Assembly (NCBI GenBank): GCA_902776615.1
Contig: CACYQU010000005.1
Span: forward strand, 1,408 to 65,407
DNA: 64,000 bases
Origin: an uncultured bacterium
GTDB taxonomy: Bacteria > Verrucomicrobiota > Kiritimatiellia > RFP12 > UBA1067
Reading direction: 5' to 3'
The notes beneath the pieces are model-generated. The model was given only the letters and a program-made list of their open reading frames with translations. It had not been told where the DNA came from and did no database searches. Below, piece by piece: positions 25,445 to 34,082 of the stretch (position 1 is its first letter; every line of letters starts with the position of its first letter). Position numbers and translations under genes: made by a program.

Positions 25445-28264
25445 ATGATCAAGAATACATTCGCTTTCCTTGTTTGCACGGTCGCGCTTTTCGCGGCCAC
25501 CGAGTCGTCGGCGCAGTCGCGTTCGCCGTCGCTTCTGCGGTCTGGCGCCGCATCGCGCGCGAGGCGCTCTGCGGAACCGCCTGCGAACGAGACGCAGTCC
25601 GCCGCGGCGGACGAGGCGCAGTCGGGCGATGCCGCCGAGCCGAAAGAGGCCCCTGCCCTCAATTGGGACGCCGCGCCCGTCGACATTGTGCTTCAGACCT
25701 ACGCCGAGCAGATCGACAAGACGATTCTCAAGGATCCCGCCGCGCCTACGCCTACGATCACGCTCAAGACGCGCGAGGGCCAGAAACTCACGAAGGAGGA
25801 GTATCTTGAGGCGATCGAGGTTGTTCTTGAGATGAACGGCATCCACCTCGAGCCGTACGGCGAGCGCTTCATCCGCGCACTGCCGAGAAAGGACGTGCGC
25901 AAGGAGGGCATTCCGCTCATCATGGATCCCGAGACGAAGCTCGGCGACACGGGGCGCGTCGTTTCGATGATGATACCCTTCAAGAACATCGGCACCGAAG
26001 AGGCACAGAAGGCGCTGGAGGGCTTCAAGTCCAACAGCGGCATTCTGCTTGTCTTCGAGCGCACGAACTCCATTCTCGTGACCGACACCGAGCAGAACAT
26101 AAACCGCATGCTCGAGATCGCCCGTTCGATCGACATCGCGACGCCCGTTCTCGAGAACGTGTTCGTGCGGCAGGTCAAGAACGCGAGCGCGCAGGACATA
26201 AAGACCGCGCTCGAGGCGATAGTGCAGGAATCGCAGAAGGAGCTCGAGAAGAACGGCAAGGCCGCCAACAACCAGAATGCGTCGCCGGCTTCGACGCTGG
26301 CGGGCCGCCCGATGATGCCGAGGCTTCTCAATTCGCGAAACTCCAACGCCAACCAGCCTGCCCCGCCGGTGAACAACGAGTCGCTTGTGATGAGCGTTTC
26401 CGACGCAGATCGCGGCATGATACGCGGCAAGGTTCTCATTCTCGCCGACGAGCGGTCGAACAAGCTGATAATCGTTACGCAGAAGGCCAACATGGACTTC
26501 TTCGACAGGGTGATCGAACAGCTCGACGTCGAGACCACGCCCGATACCGTGGTCAAGGTATACCGCCTGAAGTACGCCGAGGCCGAGGAGGTCAGCGACA
26601 TGATAAACGACCTTATCGGCAATTCGTCGTCGTCCAGTACGCGCTCCGGCCAGAACCAGAACGCGAACGCCAAATCAGGCAGCGGCGGAAACCTTACGAG
26701 AAGCAGCTCGCAGGCATCGGCGGCGGTCAAGAAGTCCGCAAACCAGCGCTCGGGCGACGCGAAGGCGGGCGAGCTCACGAAGGAGAATACGACAGTCCTC
26801 GCCGACAAGCGCATCAACGGAATCGTCGTCATGACCGAGAAGGAGCTGGTGCCGACCATCGAGCAGATTATCGAGTCGATGGATGTAAAGCTCAGCCAGG
26901 TTCTCATCGAGACGGTGATTATCGAAGTCACGCTCGGCGACGACCTCAAAACCGGCATCGACTGGGTTATGCGCGGGCGTCAGCGCGGTAGCGAGCAGGC
27001 GACCGATCAGTACGGCAGAAAGCTGTATCTGACGACTGGCGAGGACGGGAAAATCACCACCACTACAGAAGAGACCGACACGCCGTATATGGTCAGCCGC
27101 CTTTTCAGGGACGGTCTTGTCAACGCAAACAACTACATGCTTGGCGGCGGTGGCGGAAATGGAAGCGGAGTGCTGGGCACCATGATGGCGGTTGGCACGA
27201 ATGTGGCTAATGCGGCTGCATGGGGTGGCGCAAATCCGATCAGCGGAGGCCTTAACTACTTCCTGAAGAGCGACAAGCTAAATCTCGCCGCGGTCGTTCA
27301 GGCTTCGAAGTCGGACTCCCGCTCGAAATACATTGCGTCGCCTATTGTCATGACAGTCGACAACAAGGAAGCGACAATCGATGCAACTGAAAACAGGCAG
27401 TTCCTCACGGGTTGGTCCGCCCAGTCGGGCTCTTACGGCAACAGCGGCCAGCCTACGCCGAACTACAGCGCAAAAGACATCGGCATAAAGCTTAAGATTA
27501 CGCCGAAGATCAATCCCAACGGAACGGTGATGCTCACTGTCGAGGAGGAGTATTCGCAGTTCCATGAAAACGGTCAGTCGATGCTGATTCCTGAAAACGG
27601 CGTGTACAAGGCGGGCTTTGTCGATCTCGCAGTGGAGCGCAAGATGTCCGCCGACATACTTCTCGACAATATGCAGACTGTTGTTCTCGGCGGCCTAACT
27701 GAAACCGTCAAGGCTGAAAGCGAGAGCGGCATTCCGATTCTGAAAGACATTCCATGGATCGGCAAGTGGCTCTTCGGCAGCGTTACGCAGACGGAATCGC
27801 GCAAGGAGCTTTTGGTGTTCATGACGCCCTACGTGCTGGACGATGGCGATATGGCGCAGGCAGAGGCGTTGCGCCGCAAGAAGTCGCTCAGCGACGCAAG
27901 GCCCTGGGAGGATCACGGCTGGAGCGCGTCCGAGCTGGCTGATCCTGTCAGCAAGAAGGAGCAGATGCGCCGCCTCAAGGACGAGTGGAAGAAGCAGGAC
28001 GAAGAGCGTAAGACAAAGCTCGCCATCGAAAGCGAGAAGATCAAGCGCGCCAAGGCGCTTGAGGCGATGTCCGAAGAAGAGCGCAAGTTCTGGCTTGAGA
28101 TGCACATGGAAGAGTTGCAGGAAGAGCAGCGCAAGGAGCTTGAGAAGAAGATGCTCGACCCCGAGAGCCAGGATATGCTGAGAGAGCTCATCGATGACGT
28201 TCGCGAGCGCAAGCAGGCCGAGGCCAACGCCGCGCTCGACAAGGCCGAACAAGAGGCCAAGTGA
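25445..28264 (+). CDS. gspD: Secretin (GspD/PilQ family) with a roughly 140-aa charged C-terminal extension
   Basis: It has a signal peptide, repeated secretin N-domains, and the canonical C-domain motif ...VVLGGL...ESGIPILKDIPWIGKWLFG...LLVFMTPYVL. Confidence 0.9.
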   Translation: MIKNTFAFLVCTVALFAATESSAQSRSPSLLRSGAASRARRSAEPPANETQSAAADEAQSGDAAEPKEAPALNWDAAPVDIVLQTYAEQIDKTILKDPAAPTPTITLKTREGQKLTKEEYLEAIEVVLEMNGIHLEPYGERFIRALPRKDVRKEGIPLIMDPETKLGDTGRVVSMMIPFKNIGTEEAQKALEGFKSNSGILLVFERTNSILVTDTEQNINRMLEIARSIDIATPVLENVFVRQVKNASAQDIKTALEAIVQESQKELEKNGKAANNQNASPASTLAGRPMMPRLLNSRNSNANQPAPPVNNESLVMSVSDADRGMIRGKVLILADERSNKLIIVTQKANMDFFDRVIEQLDVETTPDTVVKVYRLKYAEAEEVSDMINDLIGNSSSSSTRSGQNQNANAKSGSGGNLTRSSSQASAAVKKSANQRSGDAKAGELTKENTTVLADKRINGIVVMTEKELVPTIEQIIESMDVKLSQVLIETVIIEVTLGDDLKTGIDWVMRGRQRGSEQATDQYGRKLYLTTGEDGKITTTTEETDTPYMVSRLFRDGLVNANNYMLGGGGGNGSGVLGTMMAVGTNVANAAAWGGANPISGGLNYFLKSDKLNLAAVVQASKSDSRSKYIASPIVMTVDNKEATIDATENRQFLTGWSAQSGSYGNSGQPTPNYSAKDIGIKLKITPKINPNGTVMLTVEEEYSQFHENGQSMLIPENGVYKAGFVDLAVERKMSADILLDNMQTVVLGGLTETVKAESESGIPILKDIPWIGKWLFGSVTQTESRKELLVFMTPYVLDDGDMAQAEALRRKKSLSDARPWEDHGWSASELADPVSKKEQMRRLKDEWKKQDEERKTKLAIESEKIKRAKALEAMSEEERKFWLEMHMEELQEEQRKELEKKMLDPESQDMLRELIDDVRERKQAEANAALDKAEQEAK

Positions 28265-28455
28265 AGAGGGATGACGTGAGGGACGTGAGAGACGCGAGAG
28301 GCGAGAGAGGGACGACGTGAGGGACGCGAGAGGCATGAGAGACATGAGCGAGCGGGACATGAGAGACGCGAGAGACATGAGGCCCATGTCCCTCACGCCC
28401 CCCACGTCTCTCACGTCATCAAAGCCTCTCCCTCTCACGTCATCAAAGCCTCGCA
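28265..28455. repeat. Left copy of a flanking repeat element, expanded and internally duplicated, with purine-rich and pyrimidine-rich halves
   Basis: The core 28328-28412 matches 29227-29311 at 82/85 positions. The 17-mer GGATGACGTGAGGGACG is shared at 28269 and 29209. A 24-bp tandem CTCTCACGTCATCAAAGCCTCTCC lies at 28408 and 28432. Confidence 0.85.
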
Positions 28456-29201
28456 TCATTGGTGCTTATGGGGGCTACCGCAAGACTCTGTCATTCGGAT
28501 ATGTGTGCCTTGTCTATCACGCCACTACGACTTTCTGCCGCCGCAACTACGACTACAAGAACGACCCTCTTGGCAAGACCGTCGGCCAGATGGTCGGCGC
28601 GGCGCGTTCGGCGCGTCAGAATATCGTAGAGGGCTCCGCCCGCGCAGGAACATCGAAAGAGACCGAACTGCGCCTTTACGATGTGGCCAAGGGTTCTCTT
28701 GAAGAACTGGCCGGCGACTACGAAGCTTTTCTCATTGACGCGGGAATCGCGCCATGGGCGGAAGACGATCCGCGCCACGCTTCTTTCGCATCGGCTGTTC
28801 TTGATGTATATGAAGGCGGCTATTCGCGTCACGATTATGCGGAATACATGCTTGCGATGCGAAAGCGCTTCGCTCCCTTTCTGGAGAATGAAGACCCGAT
28901 CATTGCGGCAAACGCGATTCTCGTGATTATCGACCGCGCGTGCGGTCTCCTTTCCAGGCAGATGCAGGCGATAGGCGAAATCTTTACCGACGAGGGCGGT
29001 TTTACGGAGCGTCTCTCGAAAGCGAGACTTGCGGCGCGTGATGCCAAAGACGCTTCACAGGGTGCTCCGACATGTCCTGATTGCGGCGGAGCCATGCGCA
29101 AGATGATCGCGCGAAAGGGGCGCAACGCGGGCAAACCGTTTTGGAGCTGCTGCGACTATCCCCACTGCCAGGGAACCAGGCCATGGAAGGGAGGGGTATG
29201 A
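28386..29201 (+). CDS. Four-helix-bundle protein (23S rRNA IVS-protein family with suffix domain) fused to a topoisomerase-type C4 zinc ribbon
   Basis: Motifs present are ...GGYRKTLSF...YHATTTFC...QMVGAARSARQNIVEGSARAGTSKETELRL...GSLEEL..., plus the C-terminal CPDCGG...FWSCCDYPHCQG. The start is uncertain between 28317 and 28386 because all candidate ATGs lie inside the repeat. Confidence 0.7.
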   Translation: MSLTPPTSLTSSKPLPLTSSKPRIIGAYGGYRKTLSFGYVCLVYHATTTFCRRNYDYKNDPLGKTVGQMVGAARSARQNIVEGSARAGTSKETELRLYDVAKGSLEELAGDYEAFLIDAGIAPWAEDDPRHASFASAVLDVYEGGYSRHDYAEYMLAMRKRFAPFLENEDPIIAANAILVIIDRACGLLSRQMQAIGEIFTDEGGFTERLSKARLAARDAKDASQGAPTCPDCGGAMRKMIARKGRNAGKPFWSCCDYPHCQGTRPWKGGV

Positions 29202-29206
29202 GAGAG

Positions 29207-29320
29207 AAGGATGACGTGAGGGACGAGAGAGGCATGAGAGACATGAGCGAGAGGGACATGAGGGACGCGAGAGACATGAGGCCCATGTCCATCACGCCCC
29301 CCACGTCTCTCGCGCCATCA
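29207..29320. repeat. Right copy of the flanking repeat element
   Basis: See the left copy. It starts 6 nt after the four-helix-bundle stop and ends about 18 nt before the next ATG. Confidence 0.85.
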
Positions 29321-29337
29321 ACAAAAGGGGGCAACCA

Positions 29338-30336
29338 ATGAACACTAAATTCATCTCTATAATCGCCGTATGCATCGCCGTGGTTGCGGCGGCCATCGCC
29401 GGCGTGGTTGCAATGAACGACCGCGCGGCAATCGCGCGCGCCAACGCCACCCGCGCCGAGAGCGAAGAGGCGCGCGCCTCGAGCGAGGCGAAAAAGGCCC
29501 GCGCCGAGGAATCCGCCGAGGCAAGCCGCGCCGCTGTGAAGGAGAGCGAGGCCAAGGCCGCCGAGGAGAACAGCCGGGCCAAGGAGATCGAGCGCGAGAC
29601 CGAGCGTCTGGCCGGCGAGCGCGCGAAGGAAGAGGCTGCGAAAGCGAAGTCCGAAGCCGAGGCTGCGAGGGCGAAGGCGCGCGAGGCCGCCGACCTCAAG
29701 GCCGCCGAGAAAGCGAAAGCCGACGCTGCGGCCGCAGAGGCGCAGGCCAGAATCGACGTGGCGAAAGAAGAGGCCGCAAAGGCCCAGGCCGAAGAGGCGG
29801 TGCAGGCGGCGCTGCTGGAGCGCGAGCGCATCGCGTCCGAGAAGGTGATTGCCGAGAAGACGGTCTACGAGATGCGCCAGCGCGATCTCGCCGCGCTCGA
29901 GAGCGAGCTTATCGACTGGCAGCGCGATCTCGCCGAGCGCGAGGCGGCGCTCAGACCCGAGAAGACCGCCGCCGATCTCACATGGGTCGGCGAGCGCGAG
30001 GCCGATGTGATAGGCGGCGAGACAAACCGCGTGCGCCGCGCCGCTAAGCCCGCGCCGGAGAACGATCCCGACCTGCCGCGCGAGACGCGCGAGCTCGCCA
30101 GGGCGGATCGCCTGAAGCTCGATGACGACAGGCTCGTCGCCAACGTCACGAGCAACACGGTCGTTTCGGCGCTGGAGAGGCTTTATCTCGAGGCGATACG
30201 CGACGACCGCGTGGTCGACGCGCAATACTACCTGAAGAACATAAAGATGTACTATCCCAACTGGCGCTACACGCCGCCTGCCGAGGCGAAGCCTGCGCAG
30301 GAGGAAGAGGTCAAGAAGGAAGAAGAGGAAAAATGA
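29338..30336 (+). CDS. Membrane-anchored Ala/Glu/Lys-rich coiled-coil protein, function unknown
   Basis: It has an N-terminal TM segment (FISIIAVCIAVVAAAIAGVVA). About 170 aa of AEAKxxAEE-type low-complexity coiled coil and a conserved-looking C-terminal domain follow. Confidence 0.6.
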   Translation: MNTKFISIIAVCIAVVAAAIAGVVAMNDRAAIARANATRAESEEARASSEAKKARAEESAEASRAAVKESEAKAAEENSRAKEIERETERLAGERAKEEAAKAKSEAEAARAKAREAADLKAAEKAKADAAAAEAQARIDVAKEEAAKAQAEEAVQAALLERERIASEKVIAEKTVYEMRQRDLAALESELIDWQRDLAEREAALRPEKTAADLTWVGEREADVIGGETNRVRRAAKPAPENDPDLPRETRELARADRLKLDDDRLVANVTSNTVVSALERLYLEAIRDDRVVDAQYYLKNIKMYYPNWRYTPPAEAKPAQEEEVKKEEEEK

Positions 30337-31451
30337 GTCTGGCAGTAGGTATAGTAGGGTTGCCGAATGTAGGCAAGTCCACTCTTTTCAATGCGCTGAC
30401 AAAGAAACAGCAGGCCGCGGCCGAAAACTATCCGTTCTGCACGATCGAGCCGAACACGGCCGTCGTGGAGGTCGCGGACGCGCGCCTTGAGAAGCTCGCG
30501 GAGATCGTGCACCCCCAGCAGATCATTCGCGCCACGGTCGATTTTACCGACATCGCGGGGCTGGTGAAGGGCGCGTCGAAGGGCGAGGGACTCGGCAACA
30601 AGTTTCTGGCCAACATCCGCGAGTGCGACGCAATCCTCCATGTGGTGAGGTGCTTCGAGAACGACGACATCATCCATGTGCAGGAAGGCGGCAACAAATC
30701 CGCGCCGATCGATCCGGCCGGCGACGCGGAGGTCATCGAGACCGAGCTTGTGCTCGCCGACATGGAGCAGCTGCAAAAACGCTACGACAAGATAAGGAAG
30801 GAGGCCCAGGCCAAGCCGCAGATGCGTCCCGAGGCCGAGGCATGCGCGGCGCTCTTGAAGCATCTTGAGGAGGGCAGGAGCGTCCGCTCGTTCCCGCGCA
30901 AGGACGGCGACCCGATACTGCCCGTGCTGAAGGATCTTCACTTCCTTACCGACAAGCCCGTCATCTTCTGCGCGAACGTAGCCGACGACAATGTTACGGG
31001 CGAGGGCAATCCGCACGTGGCGGCACTCAGGGACTACGCCGCAAGGCAGGGCGCGGAGCTTGTCGTCATATGCGCGCAGATGGAGGCCGACCTCGCCGGG
31101 CTTTCCGACGCCGAGGCGAAGGAGTTCCTCGAGAGCTACGGCCTGACCGAGAGTTCGCTCGACCGCACGATCAAGCTCGCGTACCACACGCTTGGCCTCG
31201 CCAGCTATCTTACCGCCGGACCGAAGGAGGTCCGCGCCTGGACCTTCCGCCGCGGCTGGAAGGCGCCTCGCTGTGCCGGCGTGATACACACCGACTTCGA
31301 AAAGGGCTTCATCCGTGCGCAGGTGGTCTCGTTCGACGACTACGTGAAGTACGGCGGCGAATCCGGCGCGCGCGCGGCGGGCGCCCTCAGGCCCGAAGGC
31401 AAGGAGTACGAGATGCAGGATGGCGACGTTGTCGAGTTCATGTTCAACTAA
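30333..31451 (+). CDS. ychF: Ribosome-binding ATPase YchF
   Basis: It shows MSLAVGIVGLPNVGKSTLFNALT...NYPFCTIEPN...DIAGLVKGAS.GEGLGN... Confidence 0.95.
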   Translation: MSLAVGIVGLPNVGKSTLFNALTKKQQAAAENYPFCTIEPNTAVVEVADARLEKLAEIVHPQQIIRATVDFTDIAGLVKGASKGEGLGNKFLANIRECDAILHVVRCFENDDIIHVQEGGNKSAPIDPAGDAEVIETELVLADMEQLQKRYDKIRKEAQAKPQMRPEAEACAALLKHLEEGRSVRSFPRKDGDPILPVLKDLHFLTDKPVIFCANVADDNVTGEGNPHVAALRDYAARQGAELVVICAQMEADLAGLSDAEAKEFLESYGLTESSLDRTIKLAYHTLGLASYLTAGPKEVRAWTFRRGWKAPRCAGVIHTDFEKGFIRAQVVSFDDYVKYGGESGARAAGALRPEGKEYEMQDGDVVEFMFN

Positions 31452-31463
31452 GGAGGTTCAACC

Positions 31464-31901
31464 ATGCAGATAAGACAGATATCAATCTTCCTTCAGAACA
31501 AGCCGGGGCAGCTTTCGCAGATATGCCGCGACCTCGCGGACGCAGGCATAAACATAGCGACGCTGTCGCTCGCCGATACCAGCGACTTCGGAATAGTGCG
31601 CATGATCGTCGACGACCACGAGCGCGCGCAGAACGTGCTTACCGACAAAGGGCACGTCGTGAACGTGTGCAAGGTGGTGGCGGTTTGCGTTCCGGACCGT
31701 CCCGGCGGCATGGCGGAGGTCATGTCGATTCTCGACAAGGCCGGCGTCGATATAGAGTACAGCTACGCCTTTTCATTCCACAGCGGAGAGAAGGCGGTTC
31801 TGGTTTTCAGGTTCAACGACAACGGCAAAGCCGAGACGGCTCTTGCAGCCGCCAACGTGGCGACGCTCGACGAGAGCCAGGTTCTGGAAGCGGGCAGGTG
31901 A
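31464..31901 (+). CDS. ACT-domain protein
   Basis: It shows MQIRQISIFLQNKPGQLSQICRDLADAGINI. An AAGGAGG SD lies upstream. Confidence 0.75.
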   Translation: MQIRQISIFLQNKPGQLSQICRDLADAGINIATLSLADTSDFGIVRMIVDDHERAQNVLTDKGHVVNVCKVVAVCVPDRPGGMAEVMSILDKAGVDIEYSYAFSFHSGEKAVLVFRFNDNGKAETALAAANVATLDESQVLEAGR

Positions 31902-31906
31902 GGAAG

Positions 31907-33289
31907 ATGAAATACGCAAGTACGCGGACCGGGGCGGAAGCCGGCGCGGTCGAAACCGTCTTTCAAGGGCTTGCGCCGGACGGCGGGCTGTATGTGCCGC
32001 TGATTTCTGACGAAGCGGCGACTGGTTTTGCAAAGGACTGCGAAACGCTCGCAGGGGCCGAGAGACATGTGCTCGCCCGGCTCTTCGGCGACTTCCCGGA
32101 GACTGTGCGCGAGGCGGCAGTCGCTCGGCTCGCGTCGCGCTTTCCGGAGGGCGATCCGATTCCGCTCGTCGATGCGGATGGATTCAAGATTCTCGAACTT
32201 TTCCACGGCAGAACGGGCGCGTTCAAAGATGTCGCCCTTTCGATGCTGCCGGTCTTCATGCGTCATTCGGCCGGCGGGCGCCGCGTACTCGTGCTCACCG
32301 CGACAAGCGGAGACACCGGGTCGGCTGCAATGCAGGGCTTCGCGGGCGTGGATGGAACCGAGATCGCGGTGTTCTTCCCGAACGTCGGCACTTCGCGCGT
32401 GCAGCGCCTGCAGATGACGACGCCGGCGGCCGCGAACGTCCACGCGATAGCGATCAAGGGCAATTTCGACGACGCGCAGGCGGCGGTCAAGCGCATCTTC
32501 GCCGACAAGGCGATCGCGGCCGAGGCCGCGGCGCACGGCGTTGCGCTATCAAGCGCGAACTCGATCAACACCGGCCGCCTTGTACCGCAGATAGGCTACT
32601 ATGTGCTTGCGGCGGCGCGGCTCGGCGGAGAGTTCGACGTCGTTGTGCCGTCCGGAAACTTCGGTAACATACTCGCGGCCTACTATGCGAAGAAGCTCGG
32701 CGCGCCGGTGCGCAGGTTCATCGTCGCGTCGAACGTGAACGACGTGCTGGCGCGGTTCGTGAAGACGGGCGTGTACGATCCCGGGGAGAAGTTCACGGTA
32801 ACCAACTCCCCGTCTATGGACATACGCAAGTCGTCGAACGTCGAGCGGCTTCTGTGGCTTATGAACGACGGCGATTGCGCCGAAGTCGCGAGGCTGATGG
32901 CCGATCTCGCCGAAAAGGGACGCTACGAGCTGCGCGACGCGGCGAAGGAGAGGCTGTTCGCGGATTTCGAAGGCGGAGTCGCGACACCCGAAGAGACAGA
33001 GGCCGAGATGCGCCGCATGCGCGACGCTTGCGGATATGTGCTGGATCCCCATACGGCGGTTGCGACGCACGTCGCGCGCGCGTTGGGCTATCCGAAGGGC
33101 GGAGTGCCCTGCGTGATAGCGGCGACTGCGACGCCATACAAGTTCCCCGAGACGTGCCGCCGCGCTTTCGGCGCAGACATTCTGGACAATCCGCCGCCTG
33201 GCTTCCGCGAACTTGAGGCTCTGCCCGTGGTGCAGAACAAGGTCGTGGAGGTGGGCGCGATCGACGAGGCTGTCAGGGAGCTTTTCTGA
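31907..33289 (+). CDS. thrC: Threonine synthase
   Basis: It shows MKYASTRTG...GLAPDGGLYVP...FHGRTGAFKDVALS (the PLP lysine). The ORF-track start at 31070 is a spurious extension across ychF and the ACT gene. Confidence 0.9.
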   Translation: MKYASTRTGAEAGAVETVFQGLAPDGGLYVPLISDEAATGFAKDCETLAGAERHVLARLFGDFPETVREAAVARLASRFPEGDPIPLVDADGFKILELFHGRTGAFKDVALSMLPVFMRHSAGGRRVLVLTATSGDTGSAAMQGFAGVDGTEIAVFFPNVGTSRVQRLQMTTPAAANVHAIAIKGNFDDAQAAVKRIFADKAIAAEAAAHGVALSSANSINTGRLVPQIGYYVLAAARLGGEFDVVVPSGNFGNILAAYYAKKLGAPVRRFIVASNVNDVLARFVKTGVYDPGEKFTVTNSPSMDIRKSSNVERLLWLMNDGDCAEVARLMADLAEKGRYELRDAAKERLFADFEGGVATPEETEAEMRRMRDACGYVLDPHTAVATHVARALGYPKGGVPCVIAATATPYKFPETCRRAFGADILDNPPPGFRELEALPVVQNKVVEVGAIDEAVRELF

Positions 33290-33963
33290 AAAAGCCGCCT
33301 CTGCCCATAATCTACGAAGACCGCGACCTCGTCGTAATCGACAAGCCCGCGGGACTCCTCACTACGCATACGCGGGTTCAGGGGCGCGCGGCGCGCGAAA
33401 GCCAGCTCACGGCCGAAAACCTTCTCAACGACTGGGTCCGCAAAGGACAGGCGCGAAGCCGTGCACGGGTGTGGCTTGTGCACCGGCTGGACCGCGAGAC
33501 GAGCGGGGTCATGATGTTTGCGAAATCCGAGGCCTTGGCCGACCGGATACGCGACAACTGGAACGCGCTTACGGTCAAGCGCTATCTGGCGCGCGTGGAG
33601 GGCGAGATCCCCGACGAGAGCGGGGTGTTCGAGTCGTATCTCAGAGACGACCCCAGAACCATGAAAGTATCGAGCGTCGCCGATCCTCGCGAAGGCAAGT
33701 TCGCCCGCACCGAGTGGCGGCGACTGGGCGGCGGACGCGGCTGGACGCTTGTGGAGGTTACGCTCAAGTCCGGGCGGAAGAATCAGATACGGGTTCACTT
33801 CTCGGAGGCGGGGCATCCGGTCGTGGGCGACGTGAAGTATGGCGCGGCGAAGGCCAGGCGGCTTTTCCTGCATTCGTGCGAGCTGGAGTTTACCCATCCT
33901 TTGACCGGCCGCCGGTTCCATTGGACCAGTCGCGGATGCACGTCAGCGCAGGATATGGTATAA
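33286..33963 (+). CDS. RluA-family pseudouridine synthase with no ATG/GTG/TTG start available; a CTG start is proposed
   Basis: The conserved [19 protein letters not shown] (33301-33357) lies upstream of the first canonical start (GTG 33469). The frame opens at 33217. CTG 33286 is preceded by AGGGAG at 33275-33280. The motifs [16 protein letters not shown] and GRKNQIRVH are present. Confidence 0.6.
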   Translation: MKKPPLPIIYEDRDLVVIDKPAGLLTTHTRVQGRAARESQLTAENLLNDWVRKGQARSRARVWLVHRLDRETSGVMMFAKSEALADRIRDNWNALTVKRYLARVEGEIPDESGVFESYLRDDPRTMKVSSVADPREGKFARTEWRRLGGGRGWTLVEVTLKSGRKNQIRVHFSEAGHPVVGDVKYGAAKARRLFLHSCELEFTHPLTGRRFHWTSRGCTSAQDMV

Positions 33964-33964
33964 T
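33956..33964 (+). promoter_or_regulatory. Extended -10 promoter (TGgTATAAT) 17 nt upstream of tRNA-Arg
   Basis: The motif is exact and overlaps the RluA-type gene stop codon. Confidence 0.45.
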
Positions 33965-33981
33965 ACTTCAAATTGCATTGC

Positions 33982-34058
33982 GCGACTGTAGCTCAATTGG
34001 ATAGAGCGTTGGCCTCCGAAGCCGAAGGTTGTGGGTTCGAACCCCGTCAGTCGCACCA
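33982..34058 (+). tRNA. tRNA-Arg (anticodon CCG), CCA encoded
   Basis: A manual cloverleaf fold fits. The acceptor is GCGACTG/CAGTCGC and the D-arm is GCTC-AATTGGATA-GAGC. The anticodon arm is TTGGC-CTCCGAA-GCCGA and the T-arm is GTGGG-TTCGAAC-CCCGT, followed by A-CCA. Confidence 0.9.
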
Positions 34059-34082
34059 AAGAAAGCGAAAGGAATCACGAAG

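Noticed and set aside
28265-28455. The repetitive GAGAGAC/CATGAG tract was considered as a CRISPR array.
   Set aside because: It has no regular repeat-spacer periodicity, its units are degenerate and contiguous, and no cas genes are present. It is better explained as the flanking repeat of the four-helix-bundle module.
31070-31906. An 837-nt N-terminal extension of the thrC ORF in the ORF track.
   Set aside because: It overlaps ychF and the ACT-domain gene and translates to an Arg-rich sequence. The canonical thrC N-terminus MKYASTR starts at 31907.
34029-34082. The upstream start of the UDPGP-family ORF.
   Set aside because: It would overlap tRNA-Arg (33982-34058). ATG 34083 gives a normal N-terminus.
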